From assembly GCF_009834535.1 (NCBI RefSeq), contig NC_045697.1:70930001-70994000 (forward strand): 64,000 bases of DNA, given 5' to 3'. Below, piece after piece: positions 12,264 to 25,532 of the stretch (position 1 is its first letter; each line of letters starts with the position of its first letter). Both the position numbers and the translations under genes were made by a program. This DNA is from Camelus ferus (taxonomy: Eukaryota). The notes beneath the pieces were generated by a model. That model saw only the letters and a program-made list of their open reading frames with translations. It made no database searches and was not told the origin of the DNA.

Positions 12264-13519
12264 GAAATGGTGCTTGCATTTTGAGGACTAACTGCAAAGG
12301 AAAGGGGTGAAGGGCTCATGATAATGAAAAAAAATACCCTTATGTTTGCCTTATGTTTATATTGCATGGTTTGATTGCAGAATAAAAAGTAAATAATGTT
12401 TCTTACCTCTCATATTTATAGTGGTTCTATGTACCTTTAAAAAGCAGGATAACATTTGCCACTTTTCTCTCTCCCATTGAATTTAATTAAAATGTGATCT
12501 TTTCTAAATTGACTGAGTCACTTGGCTCTCCTGTGTATATTGCAGGCTCCACTCATAAATTCTTTACCAGATTTCCATGTAGGGAGGATTAACCATTTTG
12601 CAATCTAATTTTCTTCCAGCAGAATGCCTCTGGTTCTTTATCAACACTCGGGGAAAACAACTGAGGTCTCCAGGAGTCTATCTCTCACCAACAAATGAAC
12701 TCTCAGGTCAGTCTTCTTGATCACTTCTCCCTCCCCCACCTCTGCCGGGAGAGTTGGCACACAGACAGTCTCTCCTTAGGCGGAGGAGGATCACGTACTA
12801 TAATCCTCCCTGAATCCAGCCTTTGCCACACATGGCCTACTCCAGATTTCATCAGACAAATTCAAATTTCAAGGCCAGAGTTGTAGCCCAAGGGATTTCT
12901 TTTTCTCTAGGACAAGGTCTAGGCTAGTGATTTCCAACTTCAGTCTCATCGCTTTCAAGTGACTTCACTGCTGGTGTTGGAAAACCTTTGGAGGCCCTTT
13001 AGATCGATGCTCGTGTTTTTCAGACAGTGATGTTCAAATTCAGATAAGTAAAATAAATCACTTGCCACAATTAATTTAATGGTAAAACTCGGACCACAAC
13101 CCTTATAATACATGCCCAGTGATTTTTCTACAAAACGGTGCTGCCTTATACACATGACTTTTGTCATTTAAAAACATTTTGGCATTCACATGTAATCCAC
13201 TGAGATTTGTTAACTGAACTCATACTTCTATATTTCAGTAGGACTAAGATAAATTTTCTACTTTTAGCACTTTGAAAATAGAGATGAGTCTTGAGAAGCA
13301 ATGGTATCTTATTGCTGCTGTTAGCCGGGTATGAGTAAGGATGTAAGTGTCATTATCTTCTTATGTACAATCTTGGTTGATATTTTGATGGCATAACTGA
13401 ACACCTACAACCCCTTGACATTTGATTGAAAAAGCACTTTAAGCCCTTTTGAGGAATTAATATAAGGCTTAGCTGTTGAATTTTATTGAATTTCTCTGGT
13501 AAGATCCAGAAAGATCCAG

Positions 13520-14668
13520 TAAATGGAACTACAAACAGAACCACATCAAACTAGAAGACTTTTGCACAGCAAAGGAAATCATCAACGAAATGAAAAGGCA
13601 ACATACTGAAAGAAGATATTTGCAAATCATATATTGGATAAATGTTAATATTCAAAATATATAAGAATTTATACAACATAATATTAAAAAAAAATTTTAA
13701 AAATGGGTAGAGACCCTGAATAGACATATTTCCAAAGAAGACATACCAATGGTCAACACAAACATGAAAAGATGCTCAGTATCACTAATCATCAGGGAAA
13801 CGCACATCAAAACCACAATGAGATATCACCTCATACCTGTCAAAATTGTGATCACCAAAAAGACAAGAAATAAATGCTGGTGAAGATTTGGAGTGAAGGG
13901 AACCCTCATGTACTGTTGGTGGGAATGTAAACTCATACAACCACTATGGAGAACAGTATGAAGGTCACTCAGAAAACTAAAAATAAAACTACCACATGAT
14001 CCAGAAATTCAGTTTCTGGGCATTTATCTGAAGAAGAGAAGAACATTAATTCAAAAAGATACATGTACCCCAAAGTTCACTGCAACATTCTTTACAATAG
14101 CCAAGATATGGAAGCAACCTAAATGTCTATTGATAGACGAATGGATAAAGAGATGTGGTGTGTGTGTATATATGGAATGTTACTCAACCATAAAAAAATA
14201 ATGAATTCTTCCCATTTGCAGTAATGGAGATGGACCCAGAGGGTATTGTGCTAGATGAAATAAATCAGAGAGAGAAAGACAAACACCAACTAATTTCATT
14301 TACATGTGAAATCTAAAAAACAAAACAAATAAACAAATATAACAAAAAAAAAAAAAACAGGCTCCTAGATGCAGAGAATAAACAGGTAGTTGCCAGAAGA
14401 AAGGAGTGGGGAGGATGCGCAAAATCGGTGACAGGATTAAGAGGTCCAAACCTCCAAACCTCCAGTTATAAAACAAGTGAGTCATGGGGATGTAATGCAC
14501 AGCATAGGGAAAAGAGTCAATCATATTGTAATGACTTTGTATGGTGACAGACAGTAACTAGACTTACCGTGGTGATTTTTGCATAATATTTAAAATATTG
14601 AATCACCATGTTGTACACCTGAAAACTAATATAATGTTGTAAGTCAACTATACTTCACTTTTAACAAA
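13520..14668 (+). mobile_element. L1 (L1MA9-like) ORF2 3' end and 3'UTR
   Basis: ttttgcacagcaaaggaaatc; atgaaaagatgctcagtatcactaatcatcagggaaa; caaaaccacaatgagatatcacctca; 3' end tgtacacctgaaaactaatataatgttgtaagtcaactatacttca. Confidence 0.92.
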
Positions 14669-15399
14669 TGTAAACAATGGATTTGTTCTATCTGCTCTAC
14701 CTTGTGCCAAAGACTTAACTGTAGTATCGGTTTTTCTCTCAGTGAAATATACTGTAATCTCGCCTTATGTTGAGGATGAATCTAGTTTCTCCTAAAGTAA
14801 CGACAAGTTGTATTTCACATTCCACCTCAAAGCAAAGCAGGCAGGATTTGGGTGGGATGGAGCACGGCCCAAGGGACCTGGAACAGGAACTGAGCTGAGA
14901 AGTGGGGCAGGTCAAAGGGCAAGGGAGCCGCAGGAGGAGAGGGGGTTCCACTGCAGGTCCCGGAAGAAAGCCAGCCCAACTAGCCCAGTGCAGCAGATGG
15001 CAGGGAAGACGGTGAAATGTCAGCACCAGTCATTCAGCTGTCAAGTTTAAAGAAAGTGGCATCAGCTAATTCAGAAGCGAGGAACATTCCATAGGTAGGC
15101 AGGCAGATCAGGAAGTCTGTCAACAGAGGGAAGATGCTGGAATTCCTTCGGTGGGGAAGGCACCGCCTAGAGGAAGGTTGTAAGTGAAAACATGACCCGA
15201 ATTACAGGACACAGGTAGACCACTGAGACTCACACAGAGGAGAATAGGACCCAGCTTCAAGAATGAGAGTTGAAGGCAAGCACCAATCATCTGGAATAAG
15301 ACAGCTATAAAAACTGGAGTACAAGGCACGGACCTGAATCTCAAACAGAAAGCTTACACTGCCTTCAAGGCACCTATCATGTAATGGAAACTACTGCTT

Positions 15400-15880
15400 A
15401 GTAATCTTAGTAATCTAAGTTTAATCTTTCCAAGCCTCCGTTTCCTTGCCTAAAACATGGCAACAGTTATTCTTCCCTCACACTAGTTCTAAGATACATC
15501 GTTAAGTGAACAGGAAAAACATAAAATTATATTTATTCTACGATCAATCCCATTTATATGAAAAATCTGCACCCAAGTTTCTGTGTGCACACACGTACAC
15601 ACATACACACTGTCACATCCAGGACCTGGGAGGAAACACATTCTACTGTCATCAGTGGTAACCATGGGGAAGAGGATGGAGGGGCACTTCCCGTTTTGGT
15701 ATCAACAATTCTGTTTCTTTAAATATTTCACAATGGGCATGTATTAATATATTACTTTTCAAAGAAAAAAATTAATATCTATTTCAGAGGATTATTACAA
15801 GGTTTCTACAAAATAATTTGTTTCTGAAGAGTATCACACAGGCCAGTCACATAGTTAGATCTCAACAAATGACAGCGTTG
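15400..15880 (+). mobile_element. MIR split by an L1ME-type 3' fragment (~15490-15770)
   Basis: MIR core gcctccgtttcctt...aaaacatgg, then the L1ME 3'UTR motif aagatacatcgttaagtgaa...cccatttatatg, then the MIR tail cacatagttagatctcaacaaatg. Confidence 0.6.
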
Positions 15881-16761
15881 TTCCTTATTGTCACTGTTGT
15901 TCCTGTCATTAGAGGGGAAGGTAAACATCCACAAAATTCATAAGAACATGCAAATGGAAACTAAAAGCAAAAGCACAGTTAGAAACATAAACAAGCTATA
16001 TTTAAACACGAGTGCGCAGAAGACTCTTAAGTGACTGACATGTGTTAAGCAGGATGGGGTCCACCTGGAAAGGTTCCATGGAGATGGAGCAGCTTGAACA
16101 GAATTCTGAGAGTGGGAGGAGATGTGGTTTGCCAACGAAGCATGGCATGAGAATTATACAAGCAGATTGGAATCGCTAAAGGTCTAATGATGCCAATATT
16201 TCTAAGTCCACTTTCAGTTTCAGACCATGTCAGAGATGAGGTGAAGAGATCCAGCAGGCAGTGAGAGAGGGCATTTATGGCCCTTCCAGGGGAAAAGCAC
16301 AAGGAAGGGAGAGAAACGTGGATGTATTTCCAGAGGATGGCATCTTTTCCTAGGTGGCCTGGGAAGAACCAGGCCAGCCCTGTGGGAGCTCAGCCAACAG
16401 GAGGTGAGTGCTTCACCTGTGACAGTGCCTTGTACAAAATCCCCATCACTGGAGCTTTATTTATGTGGAGGTCAAAATATTTCATTCAGCTACTCCTCAC
16501 TTCCATCCTCCTCATTGGTAGTGACCTGGGGCCATGCTGCTCCCAGCCACCTGCTCATAAGAGCTCCATGCGCACACCTGTGAGGCTTCAGTGTGAGTTC
16601 TCTCTGCTCCCTCAGAAGGCAATTCCAGGCAAGCCTAATGTGCTGTTATGGTTTGAAGGGACACTACATGCTTGTGTCCCTTCAAAATCCACATGTTGAA
16701 ATCCTAACCCCCAATGGAATGGTAATAGAAGGTATGGCCTGTGGGAGATAATTAGGTCATA

Positions 16762-16807
16762 TGTCAGGGTTCTCCAAAGAATGAGAAAAAGAAATATATA
16801 TATATAT

Positions 16808-16842
<35 letters not shown>

Positions 16843-17211
16843 TTATAGGAATTGGCTCATGCAATTATGTAGGCCAAGAAGTTCCACAGTCTGTTGTCTA
16901 GAGAATCACTCGAGCCAGTGGTGTAATTCAGTCTGAGCCCAAAGGCCCAAGAATCAGGAGTGTTGACATCTAAGAATGGAAGACGGCTGTCCCGGCTCAG
17001 GCCCTTCCTCTGCCTTTCTGTTCTGTTCAGCCCTCACTGGATTAGATGGTGTCCACTCACACTGGTGAAAGTGGTCTTCTTCACTCACTCAACCAATTCA
17101 AATGCTAGTGTCTTCCAGAAACATCCTCACAGACACACCCAGAAATAATCTTTCCCAATTCTTTAGGCATCCTTCAATCCAGTCAAGTTTACACATAAAA
17201 TTACCCTCACA
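16762..17211 (-). mobile_element. MLT2B-like (ERVL) solo LTR nested in MLT1A
   Basis: gtcagggttctcc...aattggctcatgcaattatg...acagacacacccagaaataat...ccagtcaagtttacacataaaattaccctcaca is the reverse complement of MLT2. Confidence 0.88.
16794..16838. repeat. Compound (AT)n(AG)n microsatellite
   Basis: atatatatatatatata c agagagag... directly visible. Confidence 0.95.
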
Positions 17212-18434
17212 GATCTGGAAGGTGGAGCCCTCGTGATGGAATTAGTGTCCTTATAAGAACAGACAAAAAAGAGCTTACTTTCTCTCTCTCCACCCCCATG
17301 TGAGGACATAGCAGGGAACACCCAGTCCTCACCAGACACCAGGTTTGCCTGCTGCTTGATCTCTGGATTCCAGCCTCCAGAACTGTGAGAGATAAATATT
17401 TGTTGTATAAACTACCCAACCTATGGTGATTTGTTGCAGCAGCCTGAACAGACTAAGACTCGTGGTGAGTACAGGTTTCTGCTCCTGATTATTTCCAGCA
17501 GTCTTGGGTTTGCATCATCATTCCCAGGACCATGGACGGGGCTTTGGTGGTCTATCACCTGTGATATCAGCAAAATCACTAACAAACTTATAGCCGAGGC
17601 TCTCTGGCTCTCCTAAGCCTGCTCCAATGTGTCTTTCCTTTTACTGGTCATCAGATAACCTAGTGAGTAGTGAGCTCATGCAGCTTCTTATTCACACTTT
17701 CTTCCATGGAGCACAGCTCGTGCCACAGGCTTCTCTTCCCCAAACTCTACCATCTTACACACATGACTTCCTGCCTCGCAGTTTCTGGGTCACTGACAGC
17801 TTGTCCCTGTGTCAGCATATTGAGGTACTCATGCAACCTACATCTCAGGTGCCCATTCAGCCAAGGGATCCACATGGGGGTCACTCATTGCGGGGTGCTG
17901 GGTATATTCTTCAATACACTGAACTCTTCTTGGCCAACAGCAGGCTAGACATTGGGAACCCATCCCAGCAGACTTCTCAGTGCTCTTTAAGACCATATTT
18001 TGATTTATCCTACTTCACTGTACCAACTCCTGTCAAGCCCTCATTTTTGGCTTGGAAGAAGATGAGAAGAATTGGGGCAAAACACATGTGGGAGCAGGGA
18101 TTCTGCAGTCCTGGTCTTAGCTGATGCAAACCAAACCTGGCAGCACAGCCTCATGGGGCAGGAAGACATCAATACAGAACACTCAGCCAAGGCTGGTCAG
18201 AGGTGCTGCAGAACAGCAACACCGGAAGGTGTTTGTGTGCACCAAGCAATGACTTACACAGAAACTTGGAGCATGAAATTGAGTCCCTGTAGGCAGGGCT
18301 TTGCTGAGAAGAAAAGGTACTTAGGCTTTGCTGTAACAGCTCTGTAATGTTACATCCCAATTGGCAGAAGTTAGTTCAGAATTTCGCTAATCAGCTGTCT
18401 CAAGCCTGATGCTAAGGAATGAGCCATGGGCCCT

Positions 18435-18826
18435 ATAGGAGTTCACTCAAGTTGTTACAACAGGGCATCTCCGGCTGAGGGGATCAAACAGCAGACATTT
18501 ACTTTCTCACAGTTCTGGAGGCTGTAAGTCCAAAATCAAGGAGCTGGCAACAGAGCTTTTATTCTGAGGCCTCTTCTCTTGGCTTGTAGGCGGCCACCAC
18601 TCAGCCAGGTGATCTGTTGGCCATTCCTTGATACATTCATGCAGAGGGAGGAAGAGAATGAGATCTCTGGTGTCACTTCTAAAAAGGAACTAATCCTGTT
18701 GGACCGGGGCCCCACCTTTATGACCTAATTTAATCCTAATTACTTCCTTAAAGGCTCCATCTCCAAATGCCACACTGGGCCTTAGGGCTTGAATTTAGAG
18801 CAAATACAAATAGCCAGTCCATAGCA
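18435..18826 (-). mobile_element. MLT1A/B-like MaLR solo LTR
   Basis: ctcacagttctggaggctgtaagtccaaaatcaagg...ccccacctttatgacctaatttaatcctaattacttcc...cagtccatagca. Confidence 0.85.
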
Positions 18827-18930
18827 AGCTTCTAAATAGAATGAACTTTCCCAGGAACTTATAAGTAATATTTGAGACTACCTAGGGAAAATTTAGAACT
18901 ATAATTTGATTATTAGCATAATACACAATG

Positions 18931-19024
18931 TATAGACCCTTGAATAACACAGGGTTAGGAGCCCCAACCCACCATGAAGTCAAAAATTTGTGTATAACTT
19001 TTGACTTCCCAAAATACATAACTA
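18931..19024 (-). mobile_element. Tigger2-family (Tigger2a/MER8-type) right-end fragment
   Basis: gacccttgaataacacagggttaggagcc...gtcaaaaatttgtgtataacttttgacttccc is the reverse complement of the Tigger2 right terminus. Confidence 0.75.
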
Positions 19025-21118
19025 TAGGTGACCCTTGAACAACATGGTTTGAACTGTATGGGCCCTTATACATGGATTTTGAAGATGTATGAAACTTGAA
19101 AAAACTCACAAACTATAGTGTAGAAATATCAAAAATTAAGAAAAATTTAGGTAGGTTCATAAATGCATAAAATATATGTAGATACTAGGCTATTTTATTA
19201 TTTACTACTATAAAAGACACACAAATCTATTATAAAAAGGTAAAATTTATGCACACAAACAGACTGTATATGGTGCCATTTGCTGTTGGAGGGAGAGAAA
19301 TGTAAACAAATGCAAAGATGCAGGGTTACATCATAACTGCATATAACCAACTGTAGCACACACTGTACTACTGTAAGAATTTCGTGGCCACCACCTGTTG
19401 CTATTACATGTTACTCATATGTTGTGAGTATCAGCTTAAAATGCCACCACCACCGTGTGATTCTAATCATCTAAGCATGAGCAGTTCGTCTCTCCAGTAA
19501 ATTGCCTATTGCAGCAAAAAGTGATCTCTCACAATTCTCACATATTTTTCATTGTGTTTAGTGCAATATGGTAAATCTTAAATAACACCAGGCGACCCAA
19601 ACAAAGTGCCACCAGTGATGCTGGAAGTGCTCCCAAGAAGCAAAGAAAAGCCACAACATTACAAGAAAAAGTTGAATTGCTTGATATGCATCATAGATTG
19701 AGGTCTGCAGTTGCGATTGCCTGCCATTTCAGGATAAATGAGTACAGCATAAGTACCATTGTGAAAAAAGGAAAGGAAATTCTTGAAGCCATTACTACAG
19801 CTACACCAGCAGGTACAGAACTCAACTTTTTGCAAAATACCTTTTCTTCTTACATTGAAAATGTAACTTTTATGTGGATGCAGGATTGCTATAAGAAATG
19901 CTTACCTATAGACTCAAATATGATTTTTAAAAATGAAATCATTACATGAAAACTGAAACCAAAAGGAAGATGAAAGGTCTACAGCTGGAGAATTTAATGT
20001 CAGCAAAGGATGGTTTGATAATTTTAGAAAGAAGTTTGGCTTACAAAAAATGTCCAGATAGTAGCACAATTGGCCTCTACCGACCAAGGCGCAGTAGACA
20101 AGTTCCCAGACATTGAGGAGAAAAGATATGTACCTGAACAGGTATTTGATGCAGATGAAAGTGCCCTATTCTCGGGGGAAAAGTGCCACAAAGAACATTT
20201 ATTAGTATGGAAGAGAAGCAAGCACCAGGATTTAAGGCAGGAAGGGATAGTTTAACTCTACTGTTTTGTGCAAATGCAGTCATATTTATGATCAGGACTG
20301 CCCTTATCCATAAGCTGCTAACCCCCAAGCCTTGAAGGGAAAAGATAAACACCAGCTGCTAGTCTTTTGCTTGTACAACAAGAAGGCCTGCTCAACCAGG
20401 ACCCTTTTCTGGACTAAGTCCGTTGATGCATTCTCCCTGAAGTTGGGAAGTACCTTACTACTAAGGGGCTGCCTTTTAAAGTTCTTTTGGTGTTGGACAA
20501 TGCATCTGGTCACCCAGAACCCCATGAGTTCAACACCACCAAAGGCACTGATGTGGTCCACTTGCCGCTAAACACAGTGTCTCTAATTCAGCCTCTGGAT
20601 CAGAACATCGTAAGGAACTTAAAGGCTCATGACACATGGTGCTTTAGGAGAGGATTATCAACACTGTGGAAGAGAATCTGGTTAGAGAGAACATCATGAA
20701 AATTTGGAAAGATTACACCACTGAAGATGCCATTGTTGCTGTAGAAAAAGCCATGACATCTAGTAGCCCAAAACAATCAATTCCTGCTAGAAAATTCTGT
20801 GTCCAGATGTTGCACATAAGTTTACAAGACTTATGAGGGAGCTGATCAAGGAAATCATGAAAGAGATTGAGGATTTAGCTGGGGTGGGGTGGGGAGGAGG
20901 ATACAGATTAAGAAATTCAAGAGCTAATAGGTACAAAACCAGAGAAATTATCAGAGGACAACTTGATAGAGATGCATGCTTTCAACCAGTGCCAGACAAT
21001 GAGGGAAAAAGAGGTAGAAGAAATACTGCCCATAAAACAAATTGACATTAGACAATCGGGCGGAAGGGATCTGATGATTAAGACTGCTTTTGACTTCTTG
21101 TATGACATGGGCCCTTCT
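19025..21118 (+). mobile_element. Tigger2 DNA transposon, left TIR present, 3'-truncated
   Basis: TA|taggtgacccttgaacaacatggtttgaactg left TIR followed by degraded transposase sequence. Confidence 0.88.
19590..21118 (+). pseudogene. Frameshifted Tigger2 (pogo/CENP-B-like) transposase remnant
   Basis: HTH region PKKQRKATTLQEKVELLDMHHRLRSAVAIACHFRINEYSISTIVK; catalytic-type motifs PEQVFDADESALF, LDNASGHP and SLIQPLDQ lie in separate ORF fragments broken by stops and frameshifts. Confidence 0.88.
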
Positions 21119-21821
21119 AAACATCATTTGCATATTTCCCTACTGCTAATTTGAGTCCATCAATCCTACTATTTCAGCTCCAAGAAATAAAAATGATAAA
21201 TAAGGATTGTCTCCCACAGAGGCAAGTGAGTTCTTAGTTGAAATCCTGGGACATTTTAAAAACCAGATCCTAAAATCTGTAGAGTTCATTTCTTTTTCTC
21301 TTCCACAAACTCACTTCACATCCAAAGAATCAATCAATATTCAAGTTCAGCCGCACTAAACCAAGCCATATGTTAATTCAATTCTACTTGAATGGCTTTT
21401 ACATAATCCCTAGGCAGGGACCTTGTCAAAAATCTTTGCTCAACAATTTCTGGGACAGTGCTGACATTCAGTTGACGGTGTGTATTATAATTAATATCAT
21501 AATAACAATAACACACAAGGAAAATACATACCTCTTGCAGTTTGCAAAAATACTGGGCTGCAGCTAACACAGAATTTTAATTCAGAATCAACAATAGAAA
21601 GAGAGATCAGAAGGCAGCAAGAGCAATTGGGTTCAATGAACTTACAAACAGCCTTAACTGCGGGAAAAATAATACTTATTAGGCAAGGTCTCCTATAGGG
21701 GACAGCTAAATCAAGCAAGATCATTTTGTGTTCCTAATGCACGCACTTGATCGTAGTGGAGGCTGATGTTTTAGCAGCTACACGAAACCAAACCTCTTTC
21801 TGAAGACGAAAGGGATTGGAA

Positions 21822-21822
<1 letters not shown>

Positions 21823-21859
<37 letters not shown>
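21823..21859. repeat. (TG)18 microsatellite
   Basis: Perfect TG run. Confidence 0.97.
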
Positions 21860-21863
<4 letters not shown>

Positions 21864-22269
21864 CTTTTTGTATATTTTTTTAATGCTCAAAAATGTTGAT
21901 GGGTTAGTGAGAAATGAAGAAATAGTAATAAAATACTTTTGTGACTGAAAAAGATTATTTGTCTAATTAATGAAACGAGTTACACACCTCTATCTCCTTA
22001 GTTCCGCAACAGGATGAAGTACTGGCATAAAGAGGATTAATAAACATTCCCTAAAGATGCAAAGTCATTGATTTCCACCCCCACCCTCCACCCTTTGCAG
22101 AGCACCCATCACCTCCTCAAGCTAGGAGCACACATCTAACTTTGCCAGCAAAAGAAAAAAACTTCTGGCCTACATTTCACAGAAACACCTGTCAAAAAGT
22201 CCCAAAGCAAGAAGGATTTTCCTCAAATCCAGGTTTTATCTGAAAGACTTTTTTTTTCAATCCCTAATC

Positions 22270-22446
22270 AGTGATGCTCCAAGTGTGGTCCCTGAACAAT
22301 AACATCAGCATCACCCGAAACCTTGTTAGAAAGGCAGATTCTCCTGCTTCACTCAGATTTACTGAATCAGAAACTCTGGGCAGGGGCCAGGAAATCTCTG
22401 TTTCAACAAGCCCTCTAGACGAGGCTGACACATGTTCAGGTTAAAG
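22270..22446. mobile_element. MER5A (hAT-Charlie)
   Basis: cagtgatgctccaagtgtggtccc...catcagcatcacc...ttgttagaaaggcagattctc...actgaatcagaaactctggg. Confidence 0.85.
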
Positions 22447-22991
22447 TTGTTTCTCCAGGTTCCACATCCTCTTCCACCACCTCCAAGAAAAATAACTGGC
22501 AGAGATCTTTTATGTAACTGTGGCAAGTTTCTCACCCTTCTCCATTATTTTTTTTAGTTAATTATTCTTCATGGTGGAGTCATATTTCCCTCTTGTCACT
22601 TTACACAACCTTATTCAAACAGGATATAATCTCGCACTAGAGATCATTGAATACAAGAAAAGTTTTGTCTGCCCAAAAGTCTTGTCAATATCTATTAAAT
22701 TGCATTAGGGCCACCACGAAGAACGACAGAACTTCCACAACCCAATCCTACTCCAGAACAACTCACCACAGCAATACCTTGCCCCCAAAACCCAGTTGTA
22801 CATATTATGTGAATTTGCACTTAAGGTATCTTTGGACGAGATTCTGTGGCCATGTTCCTGATTTCTAGACAATAAAATGTGGAGGAAAACATTAATGTGT
22901 GACATTTCTGAGTCCAGACCTTTAAGAAGACGTTGGTCCTTTTCTCCATCCACACACTGGGTGCAGACAACAGGGGGCTGCAGGCCTGGAA

Positions 22992-23170
22992 CAGTGGTTC
23001 CCAAATTTCCCTGCCCTGGAATCACCAGGAGGGCTTTCTAAAATGCTAATTGCCAGCCCCTACCCCTAGGGTTTCTAATTCAGTAAGACTAGTGTGAGAA
23101 TTTGCATTTCTAATGAGGTCCTAAGTGATGCTGATGCCACTGGTCCTGGGACCACACCTGGAGAACAATT
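22992..23170. mobile_element. MER5A, opposite orientation to the 22270 copy
   Basis: cagtggttcccaaa...gaatcacc...gaatttgcatttctaa...gtgatgctgatgcc...gggaccacacctggagaacaattg. Confidence 0.85.
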
Positions 23171-23644
23171 GGCTTAGACAATGGTGGATCCAAAAGAAGG
23201 GAACTGCTTCCCTAAGTAACCACCTAGAGGAGAACTGATGGCTGATCAAAGGCTTGAAACTTGTTCTCCATATGCGCAAGAAATAAACTCCTGCTGGTTC
23301 TGAGGCATTGTGCAAGGGTCTATTTCTCACCACAGTTTATTTTATTCTTAACTAAGAATATTGCTTAGAAAAGTAGATTTTGACGTCTTTGAGATTCTAT
23401 ATAAAAACATATTTATAACATTCATTAATATGAAACCATAAATACACTAAACAAAACATATCAAACAGTGAAATGTTACACATCTTAAATTAAAAATAAT
23501 TGATTTCTATGTTTTTATCTTTTGTTCATTATAGAATTTTTTTTAGTGTTTATATCCCCCAGAGTTTCAAAAAGATCCTTATGAACCCAGCTTACTCAGT
23601 GCAACAAGACATTTTGTTCTGTCTAGTTTTCCATCAGTCAGTGT

Positions 23645-23755
23645 CCTTTTGTGAAACCACCAGGACAAGGTTGTATCTAATTTACGTTTACTTTCTTGGT
23701 CCCTAACACAGTGCCTGACACATGGCTGAGATTCAAAAACACATTTATGAGATAA
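23645..23755 (+). mobile_element. L2 3' end
   Basis: cctaacacagtgcctgacacatgg...acatttatga. Confidence 0.65.
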
Positions 23756-23849
23756 AAAAATAATAAAGTATGGAAATGGACAAAGGAATTATATTTTTAA
23801 AACTTGATTTTGTTGATTACCAAATTTTAGGTTCCATTAAGTTCCACAG

Positions 23850-24000
23850 ATGCACTCAACAAATACTTCTTAAAAGTAGTCCAGGCACTGTTCTGATGAC
23901 AGGTGAAAAAATGTGGAAAGAGAGTCAAGGACACTGCTCTCAAAGAGTTTACAGCCTATGAAAAAAGGACATAAATAAGCAAATATTTTAATGCAATGCA
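23850..24000 (-). mobile_element. L2 3' end
   Basis: cactcaacaaatactt...ccaggcactgttct...ctgctctcaaagagtttacagcct. Confidence 0.7.
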
Positions 24001-24459
24001 AACAAATAGAAACAAAGTAAAAGAATTAAAAATGAGCAGTCGATTCATTCAGAAAATTAAAATAGGATACTTTTCTCTAAAATTCTTGACATAGACAAAA
24101 GTACTGGACAGACTATTCAGCATTGGAAATGGAAAAAATCTCTACTGTACCAGTAGTGCTTATTAATAGGTCCCTGTACAAACAGCTTTTACCCATGGTT
24201 AGTTTGACAGAGCACATAGGATGTAGCAGACACTCTGACTTGGCTTTGTCAGCCTCCAGTTCAAGTCCTTATTCCCTGAACTCCCAGAGACGGAAGAAGA
24301 GGGTTTTAAGTCTGGTCAACATCGTCACACATTTTGTTAAATCTCAGAAGGCTACGCAGCAGAAAAAAATTGTCCCCATTTTATGATCTGGGATTTCTCT
24401 CTTTCCCTACTGTCAGTTTATTTTATAAATACTTTGCCTGGAATCATGCTTGATTTATA

Positions 24460-24645
24460 TGTGGTTATGAACCCCAGATTTGGGATCAGAAATGTTTCAA
24501 GTCACTCAATTAACTACATAGCATTGGGTAAGTCTATACTGTCTAATATTTCTTTACTTGTTGAATGAAGTAATAGTAGTGTCTATTTCATAGGATTTGG
24601 GGGAAGATTACAGGAGACAATTGTATGTAAAACACTTATATTGCA
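24460..24645 (+). mobile_element. MIR SINE
   Basis: gtggttatga...ttgggtaagt...taatagtagtgtctatttcataggatt...tatgtaaaacactt. Confidence 0.7.
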
Positions 24646-24999
24646 AATAATCTTTCAAGTTGTGACATTCCAATGAGGACAAAGACTAAGTTCGGAAGGA
24701 GTGAGAAAATAATGCAGTCACAGTAAAAGAGTATCAGAACCTGAGACCACAGTGGTAAAGCCAGTCTGGATGTCAGTTTTACAGTGAGGCTATTGTGATG
24801 AGTGGCTGACATGGAATGGAATAGAAAAGCATAGAAGCCAAGCAACTGTGAGCCAAGGTGTTGGGTGTCGAATACAACAATGATGATGACAGAGTAGGAG
24901 TCAAGTTATTAAGTCAAAGTTATTAAGAATATGGAAATGTGAAGTCAGTAGATGACTCTCAAAAAACATGTTCTTAAAAAAAAATGTGTTCTTCAGTCA

Positions 25000-25240
25000 G
25001 TTTCCTCTATTATATGCTCTTATAGCATCTAGTGTTTTCCTTTGTGACACTCATCTAAATTGTACTTAATTCCTTTATTTACTTATTTATTTGTGTCCAT
25101 CTGTGAGAATAAGCTTCTTGATTATTTGAACCAAGTATATCTCATTCCCAAGCAATTATACTTGCTTGTAAAATACAGCAGAAGCTTACTTAATGTTGGG
25201 TGAGTGGATGGGTGGGTGGATGGATAAACAGATGAATTAA
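25000..25240 (+). mobile_element. L2 3' end with (TGGA)n-like tail
   Basis: tatatgctcttatagcatc...aatgttgggtgagtggatgggtgggtggatggat. Confidence 0.55.
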
Positions 25241-25532
25241 CTGGTAGACAAACAAGTAAGAGATACTATTAAAAATAAATGGTATCAAGATCAAAAGAGG
25301 AGAGCTTTCAAAATAAAGTCAATAGAACGATTATCTACAAAACACAATGGTACCTAAGAATCTAGGTGCCCTTGATGATGAGTTACTTACTTCCTACTTC
25401 CCTGTCTAGTCTCCATTTCCTCTTTCTCAGAAAACCTCACCTCAAGAAAAGTATTTGATAATTAATGACTGGAGGAAGTGTCTTTATAGCCCCACCAAGG
25501 ATACTCCTAGAATCTCTGAGCACCATTTATCA

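Larger units (their letters stand above)
16640..17460 (+). mobile_element. MLT1A/MLT1A0 (MaLR) solo LTR interrupted by MLT2
   Basis: 5' part tgttatggtttgaa...catgttgaaatcctaacccccaat...taggtcat; resumes at ggtggagccctcgtgatgg...ccagcctccagaactgtgaga...gcagcctgaacagactaagac. Confidence 0.88.

Noticed and set aside
17627..18124. Longest ORF (165 aa, +), and minus-strand stop-interrupted peptides (…LHEYLNMLTQGQAVSDPETARQ…ELCSMEESVNKKLHEL) faintly recalling PNMA/gag or a coiled-coil pseudogene
   Set aside because: No convincing motif; the similarity is only a few residues. A BLASTX or Dfam search would be needed, so no call is made.
19590..21118. Domesticated TIGD-like gene
   Set aside because: Multiple frameshifts and stops plus a retained TIR indicate a neutrally decaying transposon.
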